Source: Octopus bimaculoides (Eukaryota). From it: a DNA stretch of 64,000 nucleotides. Location of the stretch: positions 24,681,443-24,745,442 of the forward strand of contig NC_069006.1 in NCBI RefSeq assembly GCF_001194135.2, written 5' to 3'. The position numbers were made by a program, and so were the translations under genes. Below are positions 51,761 to 64,000 of this stretch, piece by piece; within the stretch, counting starts at the first letter, position 1; each line of letters opens with the position of its first letter. The notes below the pieces were generated by a model. The model worked only from the letters and a program-made list of their open reading frames with translations, did not search any database and was not told the DNA's origin.

Positions 51761-51863
51761 AATTCAAGACGATGGGAATAAACAAGGATTATGTTTGATA
51801 GAGTTGTCTGAATGCTAAAGGGTTAAAAAAGAAGAAGTCATTTTTTGTTTTGTTTCATTGTAG

Positions 51864-52013
51864 GATGATGATACTTTGATTGACAGTAGTAAGTCCAATA
51901 GTATAACCAGTCACCAGAGTGGTATCAGTACAAGTAGCCGCAGTAGCAGTATGAACAGTCTTCCAGGACCTAGTGTTGATGATAACCATTTCAGTTTCTC
52001 AAGAGATCACAGT
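51864..52013 (+). CDS. Tao: TAO kinase coding exon 9, Ser-rich linker (DDDTLIDSSKSNSITSHQSGISTSSRSSSMNSLPG...DHS)
   Basis: TTGTAG acceptor, GTAAGT donor, 150 nt phase 0-0; resembles the TAOK Ser-rich SQSSSVNSLP region. Confidence 0.93.
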
Positions 52014-53615
52014 GTAAGTATACCACGGCATCTTCCTCCCTCTCTCTCTCCTCCTACCCCACCACTCTATCTCTCTCTCTCTCTCTCCATCGACATCCAT
52101 GAATTTTTTTTTTGAAGGCTTCATGTGAGAAAATACCTTTTATGATATTGAAGATGTTTCCATATATATACCCCCACACATACCCATTACATACTTTGTC
52201 TTTCATCATATTTTTTAATCTTTTTTATTTTATTTCTTTTTAATTGGTTTATTTTCTTTTAGCGTCTGAATTTTAATTTTTTTTTTTTTCCTTTTTTTCC
52301 TTCTATCATCCTCAGTCATATATACTTACATATAATGTAGGTATGAAACACTTGCCTGTATGAATGTATTAAAAAATGTAGCTGCTTGAATTGTTGAGGA
52401 TATAAACATATTAACTGCTTGTTTCTCTGGGATTGGTCAAATTGATGTAAACACTTCTGATGAGAAGCCAATAAGGCTCGAAAATCAATTAAGGCTGTTC
52501 ACCATCTTTTTCAACCTACAGAGAAATAGCTAAATTTTCATTCTATATATCTACTACATAAGCTACATATATATATTTATTTATGTATGTATGAAAAATT
52601 CATATGTATGTATGTGTGTATGAAAAACATATATTTACATACACATACATGCTAACTTCAAAAATATGCAAGCATTTTAATTTACAAAACCTAAGTTTTA
52701 TATTGCACAGAACCTATGAAAGAAGAGCTAACTAAAAACCTGAAAACAAGCATGGATGTTTAGGGGAAACTTAGGGAAATGATTTGGACAGGCAAAAGGG
52801 ATGAAAGTTTATTTTCTAAATAATTTTATTTTTACAGTTTTATAGTATTTTTGTTATTTTTCTTTATTTACCTAAAATGAGAATTATGTCTTCTCCTGTC
52901 AAGATTATTTTATCTAGAATTGCTGAGAAACAAGTTTACTCTCAATACAGACACAGTAAAATATGATTGAAATTGTAACAACAGTAATATGATGATGTCA
53001 TGTTTTTAGGGATTTAGTTTTCCTAAATATTTTTCTTTGTCAAACCTTTTATCTAATGTATTAGAAGAATGAATAAATTGGAAAAAAAAAATGAATAATG
53101 TTTAAAACAAATAATTTTTACGAATATGATAAAGATTAAAAAAAAAAACAAATAAAAAATGAAGAGAAAAAATGAAAATCATCTGCTTCTTCGCTGGCCT
53201 TATGAAAACGTTTTGGTGGACTGGCGGAATTGTTAAAGTGTTGGACAAAAATGCCATTGTGGTATTTCTTCCACCTCTTTTTTTTGCATTCAGAGTTCCA
53301 TATGCCACCCAGGTCAACTTCGCCCTTTCGTCCCTCCAAGGGGTTGATAAATGAAAGCACCAGTAAAATACTGGGGTCGATGTAATCGACTAACCCATAC
53401 CATCCACCACTCAAATTGCAGGCCTTGTGCCTTAATAAAAAATTAAAATTAAAAAAAAAATTTTTTTTTCAAAAAATATCCCCCCCCCCCAGGTAATTAT
53501 TAAATTGCCCGGATTCCTTTGTACACACCAGTCCCTGTCTGTCTAATATCCCTAGCCTGGTGTCTGTTCAATCTCTTGACTGTAAGCCTAACTTTGATTA
53601 ACCCTTGTTTTCCAG

Positions 53616-53678
53616 GATAAGTGGACAAATTACTTCCTGGCACGCCATTCTATATGTTCATCTAACCTAAAAGACCAA
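53616..53678 (+). CDS. candidate 63-nt cassette exon of Tao (DKWTNYFLARHSICSSNLKDQ)
   Basis: CCTAAC branch-like site, TTGTTTTCCAG acceptor, CAA|GTAAGC donor, open in phase 0-0 matching the preceding exon; no recognisable homology. Confidence 0.4.
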
Positions 53679-53805
53679 GTAAGCTGCTCTAGTACATCCT
53701 CCTGGTACTGCACAGACCACTGTCAGTGATTCTATTGGATGTTGTCAAAAGCCCAGTTGTTGTTGTTGTTCTTGTTGTTGTTGTCTTCCAAAAAAAAAAA
53801 CAAAC

Positions 53806-53930
53806 TCTTTCTCTCTCTCTGTCTCTCTCTCTCTGTCTCTCTCTCTCTGTCTCTCTCTCTCTGTCTCTCTCTCTCTGTCTCTCTCTCTCTCTGTCTCTCT
53901 CTCTCTCTGTCTCTCTCTCTCTCTGTCTCT
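53806..53930. repeat. (CT)n/(CTGT) compound microsatellite
   Basis: Directly visible. Confidence 0.95.
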
Positions 53931-54826
53931 CCTTCTGAGCTGAGACCTGACACACAGGCTATGCTGGCACTACAGATGTTGTTCATTTCCTGTTCGGAGC
54001 ATGTACAGCTATAATAGTTGTAGACGTCTGTTGTTTGATTAAAGCTTTTTTTTCTGTAGTTCCGGCTTCTTAATGCATCCTCTGCATATTTTAGGCATTT
54101 CTTTTCCTTCTCTTGTTCCCTTTCACAGCTCGTTTGATCCCTGAATCGTTACATTATCAAGAGTTTTTTTTTTTTTTTAAATACAAAACAAAATTTGTTA
54201 TCCATTATGTTTTCCCCTTATTTTATTCCCTAATTGTGTTTTTTTTTTTTTTAATGAAGTTGAGTTGATACTTAGAGAATTAATTAACTAATATTATTAT
54301 TTTATAATCTTGTTAATTTTTTTTTTTTTCTTGAATCTTTAAAATAGTTTCCTTTCCATTGTTGTTCACCTTCCTGTCACCATCCTACATGTTGTTGTCG
54401 ATTCCTAATAATTTCACCTTCCAAAATAAGATTTGCTGGTGTTCTCACATCAAACATCAACAAAACACAAGAGCACATACACAGCTGCACAAACCCTGTT
54501 AATATTCTTTGTGTCCATTGATACGGTTTCTGTTTTTTAATGTGAACTTAGAGCACCATCTCCACAAAATAAGCTATATTGCTCACAATATAGACCAGTT
54601 ACTTCAAACTAGTTTTACAGACTTGTATGAACTACAGAATTGAAAAAAAAAAACTGTTGATGGCCTGTTTTAACAACAGTTAATTCATAGGAGCATCTGT
54701 AGAAGTGTTGGCTGAGTTCATTTGATGTAGGGAGTGTGGAATGGTAAGGTTTTGAGGGCTCTTGCCCTTTACCCGAGTGTAATTCTGTTTAGATGTCTTG
54801 GATGAATTTTTAATCTCGGTTTAGAG

Positions 54827-55180
54827 CAGTGATTCTCAACCATTTTTTTGCCTACGGTCTGCTTGAATTCCTATTTTATTCAATATCAATGTTTAATAAA
54901 TCCTGTAGTATTTTTTCATAATTCAATATTATTAGGAATTATGAGGTCGACTTTGCCTTTCATCCTTTTGGCGTTGATAAATTAAGTACCAGTTGCATAC
55001 TGGGGTCGATCTTATCGACTGGCACCTACTCCGAAAATTTCGGGCCTTGTGCCTAGAGTAGAAAAGAATATTATTAGAAATTATATGAAAAGTTATGATA
55101 TTTTGTACATTGCAGAAGCATAACCATTTTGTTACACATAAGACCCTGAAGGTGCATGTGGACCCTGGATGAGAATCATT
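54827..55180. mobile_element. hAT MITE with nested SINE
   Basis: Starts CAGTGATTCTCAAC, ends GATGAGAATCATT; interrupted by a 5'-truncated SINE (about 54945-55075) flanked by AATATTATTAGRAATTAT repeats. Confidence 0.65.
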
Positions 55181-55701
55181 ACTTGAGTTAGAATAAAGAG
55201 AAAAATAATGTTTGTCTTGCGTATTGATTAATGTAACTGGTCTGTCTGTAGTTGATGTGATTTGGGGATTAAGTTTTATAATTCTGTCTTGCATTCATGT
55301 TTTAATAAGAGATATATAATACAGTGAAGCCTTCGTTAAAGCCTTCTCAGGTTGTCAAGCTTGATATATTTTTACGACTGTCCTAGATGTGTGTCTTTAG
55401 ATTTAGTGTTTGTCGGCTGATAAAGGTAGTCGTTCTAAACAATATATTTCTCCTTTACATATCTTGTTATATCCTTTGTCATATACTCTGGTGAAGTAGC
55501 TTCCATTTTTAGTTAATAAAAGAAGAAAACAATCCTGATATGTCTAATATTCCTGAGAAAGGCATGAATGTTACAAATTTTCAACCTCATATTTATAAAC
55601 ATATGGACCTCCTGCATAAGCTGAAATAATGATTCTTTCATTGTTTCTTTGCACCTTGTTAAAGTACACTTTTAACCCTGAATTCCTTGATTGTCTTGAA
55701 A

Positions 55702-55935
55702 CCGTAGTTCTCAACCATTTTTTGCCTATGGAGCCCTTTGTTTCCTATTTTAGTCTGCTTCTACCTCTGTAGCCATTCAATGTATGTCAAAAAAAAAAAA
55801 TCCTATTGTATTTTTACAATTAATGAGAATTGTATGAAAAACTGTTAAAATATTTTGTATATTATGGAAATGTAACCAATTTATTGTGCATAAATTTTAG
55901 CAAAATCTTACCAGGGCCTCAACTGAGAGCCACTG
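55702..55935. mobile_element. hAT MITE, same family as 30334
   Basis: Degenerate TIRs CCGTAGTTCTCAA / TGAGAGCCACTG; near-TSD GTCTTGAA / GTCTTAAA; internal similarity to the 30334 copy in inverted orientation. Confidence 0.75.
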
Positions 55936-56254
55936 GTCTTAAAAGAAGTCAGTCAAGAGACCTCAAAGAACACTAACGACTTGATGTTCAATCATGGCAG
56001 GAAAATAATTTCCCTGTTAAACAGAACAATGTCACTGGTATATATTTCTCTCTCAAAGTCAAAGGTCAGAGGTTGAAGTGATGAATTTTAGGACAGCAAG
56101 CACCAGAACTAGGACAGAATAGCCAAGACTACTTTGTTCAAGTTAGCCAATTCAGTAGATGTTCTTGTCTTGAGTGACGGTCCTATGGATTGGTCTTAAT
56201 GGTTCAGTTGACTACCTCCTCGTTAAAGGACTTGTTTTAGGCTCTCACTGACAC

Positions 56255-56296
<42 letters not shown>

Positions 56297-56303
56297 CTGA
56301 TTA

Positions 56304-56340
56304 AGCCATATTACTCTACCCGAGGTAGAGTAATATGGCT
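56304..56340. repeat. perfect 17-bp palindrome (3-nt spacer)
   Basis: AGCCATATTACTCTACC-CGA-GGTAGAGTAATATGGCT. Confidence 0.95.
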
Positions 56341-57474
56341 AATTATTAAAGCTGCAAAAAGCATCACAAAAATATCACAAAAAGCTGCTACTCAGAGTTT
56401 CACGTTCCTGTTTGTTGGACAGTTTTGGTCTAGAATAAATATATATATATATGTATACGATGGGCTTCTTTCAGTTTCCGCCTACCAAATCCACTCAAAA
56501 GGCTTTGGTCAGCCCAAGGCTATAGTAGAAGACACTTTCTCATGGTGCCACGCAGTGGGACTGAACCTGGAACCATGTGGTCGGGAAGCATAGTTTTTTT
56601 TTTTTTTTTTAAATCCATTGATCTAAATTACAATTGCCCTTTTCTTCTTCTTCCTTTTCTTCTTCTTCTTCTTCTTCTTCTTCTTCTAAAAGCCCATATT
56701 TGCTTCATTTACATTATCTTGCTTAATCTTTCCAATCTCATCTTTCTGCAAACTCAAGCTGTTGTTAATTCATATTTATGTTCTCTACACACATTATATC
56801 AATTCTTCACCAATAATTATTATTATTATACAAATAAGGAGCTTGCAACAACATCTGCCAGCAGCACTTGTTCTCTTTTGCTATTATTTCACAGCATTTA
56901 CAAACATTTTTTATTGTTATTCTTCACTTTTTTTCTTGTTCCTATCAGTTCATATTTCTATATTTTGTCACGTTTTTTTTTTTAATCCTTCAAAATGTCA
57001 TTAATAAGTTGTTTTTTTTTGTTTTCTTGTTTTGTTTACATTGTATCATAATGTGTGGAGGAAAATGCTGAGTTACTGTTTCCAAACGAACTTGTTGCTT
57101 GGTTCAAATACATCTTTCTATTGACATCATAAGAATTTAGAAACTTTGGGAGAACATGAAATAATTATATATATTCATTTTTTGCATTTCTTCAGTCCTC
57201 AGTTGTTTCTTACCATGCAGTGTTTCCTTCTTTGACATCTCTTTCTTCTTAACTTGGTCCTGATCTTTACGAGTAACTTACTTGGTTAAAATAACCCACT
57301 GCACCATTTTCACTGCTTGATGACAATGGAGACCGGTTTGTTTGTCGAAGTGGAATAAAATACACCAAGAGGAAATGGGAAACATTTAATCTTGACTTCT
57401 GTCATATTCGTGCTGTGTTGCTCCCCCCACCACTTCTTCCACCCACCAACCATTGAAGTTATACAGGGTGCAGC

Positions 57475-57509
<35 letters not shown>

Positions 57510-58536
57510 CCCAGATTCACCATTTTTGATGAACGAAGAGTTTTTTCTGCTGCAGTCTGTGTAAAGAACAAAACATAAACAACTGGAAAGAAATATTTTG
57601 TATCACCTAGCAACATTAATCAGAGAGAAAAGTACAGAAATGGAATATAATTTTAAAATACAGGGCTTGCAGGGAAAAAACTACAATTAGTTGATAGCTT
57701 CCATTACCAGTTTAGTGGCGAGTGCTCTATCATGGCATTATATATATATATTTATATACTTTGTAATGGTTAGTTAATATTTTATAGCTTCGATTTTAAA
57801 CTCCCAACTCACTGTTTTACATCAGGCGTTTCTCTCAGTCTATGTTAAATATTATTTCATAATATAATCTAAATTTGAGTTTAGTATTAATTTACACCCT
57901 AAATGAATAAATGAACAGATAAAAAATAGAAGGGGCCAGAATCTACCTTTATTTTCTGTTGCTAATTCTACTGAAAAAGTGAGAAAAGAACCAAAAAGAA
58001 AAACTAAACCTGTCCTACCCCACCATTTTTTTTTCTTCCCTGTTAGCTTGTTGAATCACTCTTGAAATGTCCTGCCACCAGCCTGCATTATTGCTATGAT
58101 GATGATGATTGATATGCTGTGTACCTTTTTGCTCAGTCTTTGTTAGTCACATTATTTGATCATTTGGATTTTAGTTTTTTGTTATTGTTTTTCCTTTTTC
58201 TTTTTTCCTTTGCCCTTTTTTGAAATCATACAGCACGCACAATATATCTGAAACCCTTTCTCTCCCTCCCTCTCTCTCTCTCTCTCTCTCTCCTTCCCCA
58301 CTTTGAATTTGGACTTGCATGGTTTTTTAAAAAAATCTTGGTGCAGAATTATTGGACAATTTTATTTTTTAAAACATGTTTTCATTATTATTATTATTAT
58401 TATTATTGTTGTTGTTGCTTAGTAATAGATAAAATCACATATAACAATATGGTAGAGGGAATAAAATTTTTATTTTGAATAATTTCATACACACACACAC
58501 ACACACTCACAGTTAAGATATTTTGCCCATGCATGC

Positions 58537-59030
58537 CATTGGTACAGGTGCCAGTTTTGCGGAACTGGCACGTAAAAGGCACCGTTCAAATAGCGGGCAA
58601 TATGCCGTGCTTGAGAAGACCCTTCAAACCAAGTGAAAATGTAGTCATGGCCGTTATCAATGTCGTGTAACTGGCACCTGTACTGGTGGCACATAAATAG
58701 CACCCCTTAAACGTTGGGCCTCATGGAGGCAGTGACAGGTGACCAAAACCTTTGGCAATATACCATGCTTGAGAAGACCTGTGAAGCCAAGTGAGAACAT
58801 AGTTGTGGCCAATACCAGTGTCACATAACTGGCCCTCGTGCCAGTGACACATAGAAAGCACCCACTACACTCTTTGAGTGGTTGGTGTTAAGAAAGACAT
58901 CCAGCTGTAGAAACCTTGCCAAATCCGATTGGAACCCGGTGCAGCTCCCCAGCTTACCAATTTTCAGTCAAACCGTCCAACCCATGTCAGTATGGAAAAC
59001 GGATGTTAAATGACGATGATGATGATACAT
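58537..59030 (+). mobile_element. element with RTE-like 3' tail ending (GAT)n and about 158-bp internal tandem units
   Basis: Ends GAGTGGTTGGTGTTAAGAAAGACATCCAGCTGTAGAAA...CCAACCCATGTCAGTATGGAAAACGGATGTTAAATGACGATGATGATG. Fragments of the same tail at about 3195, 8720-8830, 9075-9260 (-), 12790-12960 (-), 20560-20670 (-), 34960 and 51170-51320 (-). Confidence 0.75.
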
Positions 59031-60868
59031 AGATAGATATTGTTGGAAATTAAGATAAGCCTCAGTATAAATACTTAGTCCATATGTTTCGTCATTGCCG
59101 TTATTTGGAACATGGCATTGGATGTTTCAAGTGCATCTTGGTTGCCTAACTGCAATGGAGCGTCAGTTGCTTGTATTGGCTCTTATCAGATTGGTTTCAA
59201 ATCAAGGGTCATAAATTTGTATATCAGTGATAATGGCATTTCCGTGAATTGCTCTGAAACAAATTAGAGAAACAATTAGAGATTCGCGTGGAAAATGCAT
59301 ATTTTACCAAATGATTTGCTTGTTAACGCCATTCAGTAAATAAATGAATAAGGAAAATTTATAGACATATGCATGTTCAGGCACATACACACACACACAA
59401 ATGATAGTTATTATTATTATAGGATCTTTATTTTGGCACAAGCCCATGAAATTTGATGGTTGGGAAGTCAATTACATCAGCTGGTATTTTATTGATCCTC
59501 AAACGGTGAAAGGCAAAGTTGATGTCAGTTGCATTTCAATTCGGTACTTAAGATCAGATAATAACAATTTATTATTGTCACTATTGTTATTAATCTGAGT
59601 ATGATATTATAAAACTCGTTATAAATTCTTTATGGAATTATAAAAATCCTTGGACTAAATGCAACCACTGACTCATATTGGGGCCTGAGAAATGTTGAAA
59701 CAAATCTCAGAAATAATTACACTGAAGAAAACATATATTTATACGTATTATCCTTATATGGCCTGAAGATAGGATTAATTAGGGTTTTAAATAGAGGTTA
59801 ATCTCGTCTTCCCTCTTCTCTATCTTCATTCTCCTCTTCCATTCACTGTCACTAAGTTTTTTCTGTGTGTGTGTGTGTGTGTGTGTGTTCATGTCCTTAA
59901 AACAAACTTGGGATAACAAGTAATTTTTTGGTTCTTGTCTCTGTGATTTTACGAGTACACTCCATCGCACCACTGAAACATGTTCTGTCTCCCATTCTGT
60001 ACCCGGGGTAGACCTAGGCATCAAATGTATGTACTGCTGCATTCAGAAGAGGTAAAAGAAGCAAGTTTTTGTTGCAATATTTCTTGATAAGTCTCGACAG
60101 GTCATGCAAATACTACCAAAATCAGACTCCTCCTATCTTGGGAGCTAGAAGTTTTTGTAGTTTTTATTTCATATTAGTAATTAAAATGNNNNNNNNNNNN
60201 NNNNNNNNNNNNNNNNNNNNNNNNNNNNNNNNNNNNNNNNNNNNNNNNNNNNNNNNNNNNNNNNNNNNNNNNNNNNNNNNNNNNNNNNNNNNNNNNNNNN
60301 NNNNNNNNNNNNNNNNNNNNNNNNNNNNNNNNNNNNNNNNNNNNNNNNNNNNNNNNNNNNNNNNNNNNNNNNNNNNNNNNNNNNNNNNNNNNNNNNNNNN
60401 NNNNNNNNNNNNNNNNNNNNNNNNNNNNNNNNNNNNNNNNNNNNNNNNNNNNNNNNNNNNNNNNNNNNNNNNNNNNNNNNNNNNNNNNNNNNNNNNNNNN
60501 NNNNNNNNNNNNNNNNNNNNNNNNNNNNNNNNNNNNNNNNNNNNNNNNNNNNNNNNNNNNNNNNNNNNNNNNNNNNNNNNNNNNNNNNNNNNNNNNNNNN
60601 NNNNNNNNNNNNNNNNNNNNNNNNNNNNNNNNNNNNNNNNNNNNNNNNNNNNNNNNNNNNNNNNNNNNNNNNNNNNNNNNNNNNNNNNNNNNNNNNNNNN
60701 NNNNNNNNNNNNNNNNNNNNNNNNNNNNNNNNNNNNNNNNNNNNNNNNNNNNNNNNNNNNNNNNNNNNNNNNNNNNNNNNNNNNNNNNNNNNNNNNNNNN
60801 NNNNNNNNNNNNNNNNNNNNNNNNNNNNNNNNNNNNNNNNNNNNNNNNNNNNNNNNNNNNNNNNNNNN

Positions 60869-60908
<40 letters not shown>

Positions 60909-60912
<4 letters not shown>

Positions 60913-61061
60913 CTTTATTAATAAAGCTGCAAAGACATCACAAAAACTGTTACTCAGGGTTTCATGTTCCCGTTTGTCAGAGAGTTTTGTTTGAGAATGG
61001 GAATGTGAAACTCTGAGTAACAGTTTTTGTGATGATTTTGCAGCTTTATTGGTAAAGCATA
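60909..61061. mobile_element. fold-back/MITE-like long inverted repeat
   Basis: About 63-nt arms 60909-60971 and 60999-61061 are reverse complements with about 7 mismatches, around a 27-nt loop; a related fragment lies at 56304-56440. Confidence 0.8.
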
Positions 61062-61153
61062 TTACTCTACCTCTGGTATTCGAGTACTATTTTTTTTTTT
61101 CCACCTTGTTTCACATTGATGTGCTTACTCTGGTGGGTAGGTAGGTAGGTAGA

Positions 61154-61185
<32 letters not shown>

Positions 61186-61511
61186 TGTAGATTTATGGGC
61201 TCTCACACCTATCCTACAAGGTCATTGTTAAAAGTATACAACCACATCTTCAAAATGAATGCTGAAGGGTTAATACAGATACTTTCTTCACTCCCCATTT
61301 TATTTAATTGACATTGTATTTCAAAACTAAACAATTTATAATATATATATATCTATTTTTATAATATATATATATGTTAAAGCAACTGGTATATGATTTT
61401 ATCATTATTGATTCATTGTATTTTTACCCCCCCCCCCCTCCATATTTCAAATTATATTCCTTGTTTTTCTGTATTAAAATGTATTCCTATTTATACTTTG
61501 TCCTTTCTTAG

Positions 61512-61541
61512 CCACCAAGGGCTCTTCAGACTCATCTCCAG
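61512..61541 (+). CDS. candidate 30-nt exon of Tao (phase 0: PPRALQTHLQ)
   Basis: TTTGTCCTTTCTTAG acceptor, CAG|GTAACT donor, length a multiple of 3, stop-free in all three phases. Confidence 0.4.
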
Positions 61542-64000
61542 GTAACTTTCTCATGATCTCTCTCTCTCTCCTCTTCGCTCTCCCCCTCCTGTAATGTAGC
61601 ATGTACAGTTTGCTATAGCTGTTGTTGTTGTTGTTATTATTATTATTATTATTATTATTTACAGGTATTTCAGCCTTGCTGTCTTTGTTTTTTTTTTTTT
61701 GTCTATCTGCCTATTTTTCTGTCTGTCTGTCACTCCTCCTCTTTCCCTCCAGTCTCCTGTGGATGTTAACCACTTGTTGTACAATCTTTTGCATTTATTT
61801 CTGTAAATATGCATGTTGTTGTNNNNNNNNNNNNNNNNNNNNNNNNNNNNNNNNNNNNNNNNNNNNNNNNNNNNNNNNNNNNNNNNNNNNNNNNNNNNNN
61901 NNNNNNNNNNNNNNNNNNNNNNNNNNNNNNNNNNNNNNNNNNNNNNNNNNNNNNNNNNNNNNNNNNNNNNNNNNNNNNNNNNNNNNNNNNNNNNNNNNNN
62001 NNNNNNNNNNNNNNNNNNNNNNNNNNNNNNNNNNNNNNNNNNNNNNNNNNNNNNNNNNNNNNNNNNNNNNNNNNNNNNNNNNNNNNNNNNNNNNNNNNNN
62101 NNNNNNNNNNNNNNNNNNNNNNNNNNNNNNNNNNNNNNNNNNNNNNNNNNNNNNNNNNNNNNNNNNNNNNNNNNNNNNNNNNNNNNNNNNNNNNNNNNNN
62201 NNNNNNNNNNNNNNNNNNNNNNNNNNNNNNNNNNNNNNNNNNNNNNNNNNNNNNNNNNNNNNNNNNNNNNNNNNNNNNNNNNNNNNNNNNNNNNNNNNNN
62301 NNNNNNNNNNNNNNNNNTATATATATATATATATATATATATTTGTGTGTGTGTGTGTGTGTGTATACGCATGCATGCATGCATGCAGTAATATATTTTG
62401 TGTTTTGTTGATGTTTATTGAAATTTTCTTCTTTTTTTTGTAGGATTTTTGCATACATATTTCCATTATTTCGTTCATCTGTTTTGTTTTTCAACTTTAA
62501 ACTGAAGGATAGATAAATGAACATTTATCAGCCTGTTCTTATATTTGAAATATTTGTAAACCACTTAATTTCATTCATTTTACATTTGTGGTTTGTTTGT
62601 TGTTTCTTTCCCCCTCTGCTTTCTTAGGTCGGATGAGCACTTAGTCCACTCTTCCACTCATGAAATATTCACTGGCCTGAGGTCATAGCAGAAGAGACAT
62701 ATTCAAGGCGCTGCACAATCAGATTGAACTTGAATCCATGTGATTGCAGCATACATCCATGAACTCCACCTGGGTGGTACAACATATTTTATGCTAACTG
62801 AGGTGTCATGGGAGCAGTCTCAGTTGTGTGGTTAAGAATGTTGCTTTGTAACCGCGTGGTTTTTGTTTTGGTTCAGTCCCACTATATGGCACCTAGGGCA
62901 AGAGTCTTCTGCTACAGCACTGAGCTAGCCATTATAGTAGCAGGAGACAGAGAGAAGACCCAACACATTTGCGGACCAGCAGGTGACTCTTTTCTGGATG
63001 TAGTCTAAGATTGAAGCAGCAACATCTTCACAGACGTGAGAGCAACACTCCATTGTGGGCCTCATCTAAATCTGAGAAAAAGGGCCGCTTGTTGGTAAAA
63101 TACCACCTCGAATTCTCTCCTTCTCTCACATAGGCTCAGTAATACATGTGGAGAAATTGATTCCATTTTAGTGGATGGTCAGTATCCTTGTTTATTTGGG
63201 CTGCATTTACAGGGAGATGGGTTTTGTGGTTAACATTTTAGTCTTTTACTTAGCTCTTTATTTGTAAGGACTCCCTGTTTACCTGTAATGTTCATTCAAG
63301 TTTGATTCTGTTGCATTTTGTTCTGCTTCCATCATTTATTAATTTTGTGAGATAAGACCAAGAAAGCAAACAAACAAACAAGCAAAAAAAAGACCATTAT
63401 TGATTTTAATTTTCATGCAAGCTGTTGGCAAACAAAGTAGATCAGACTGTTCTGCATTGATGGAAAATTTTTCAGTCGAAATATTACCTTAATCCATATC
63501 TATATTTTATGAAAATACAAAAGTCGTCTTGAAATATGGAAATTTTACAGTTATTTTTTGGCCATATTTTGTGTTGATGGAATATGTTCCTACATCAGTT
63601 CTGCTACTGGTTTGTCTGTGTTTCTTGGAAATCTTCCAGTTCTGATGTTCCTTTTAGCTTTTCTCTTTTACTGGTTTCAATCATTAGACTGCGGCCATGC
63701 TGAGGCACTGCCTTGAAGAATCTTTCAGTCAAATGAATCTACCCCAGTACCTTTTTATTTTTTTTTTAAGTCTGATATTTATTCTATTTTTAAAAAAAAT
63801 TTTGCCAAACTGCTAAGTGACAAGGGATGTAAACAAACCAACACTGGAAAAACAGAAGCATCTCTATATTCCAGTGCTGACCCTAAATGTATTTCTGTGT
63901 GGGGTGGGAGGGGATCAACTTACAAACTAATTATGCCTTTTTTTTTACTCTTAACCATATAAGTATACTGGAGTAACCAGTATATTTAAACCAAACGGTT

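Noticed and set aside
51317-51818. CRISPR-like array or repetitive ORFs (SQKKHHCWCH.., TPAVVLFTWHQQW..)
   Set aside because: Contiguous 26-bp units with no unique spacers, no cas genes, and a eukaryotic intron context; the ORFs are just translations of a stop-free repeat.
60069-62524. Longest ORFs in the track (315, 273 and 252 aa; likewise 12, 16, 31, 40 and 43 kb)
   Set aside because: They are open only because they run through N-gaps.

Overview
Eukaryotic, AT-rich, microsatellite- and SINE-dense genomic DNA with 13 N-gaps. The repeat families look like those of octopus/coleoid cephalopods (inference from recalled sequences, not a search). The only confidently identifiable gene is a TAO (thousand-and-one, STE20/GCK-VIII) kinase on the + strand. 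Nine coding exons between 42402 and 52013 splice in frame with GT-AG introns to give 389 aa: an intact kinase domain plus the start of the Ser-rich linker. The gene continues past the window end. A visibly CpG-rich island at about 27.5-30.2 kb carries divergent CCAAT boxes, an E-box and an ETS site and is probably a bidirectional promoter. Leftward from it I see a speculative minus-strand gene made of short, symmetric, phase-1 exons that could encode a signal-peptide protein; I cannot identify it and it needs RNA-seq. The rest is tRNA-derived SINEs, RTE-like tails, mariner/hAT/piggyBac-like MITEs, fold-back elements, a 26-bp hairpin minisatellite and microsatellites. There is no CRISPR, rRNA or genuine tRNA gene. 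Almost all ORFs in the supplied track are microsatellite or N-gap artefacts. Repeat coordinates are approximate unless TIR/TSD positions are given.
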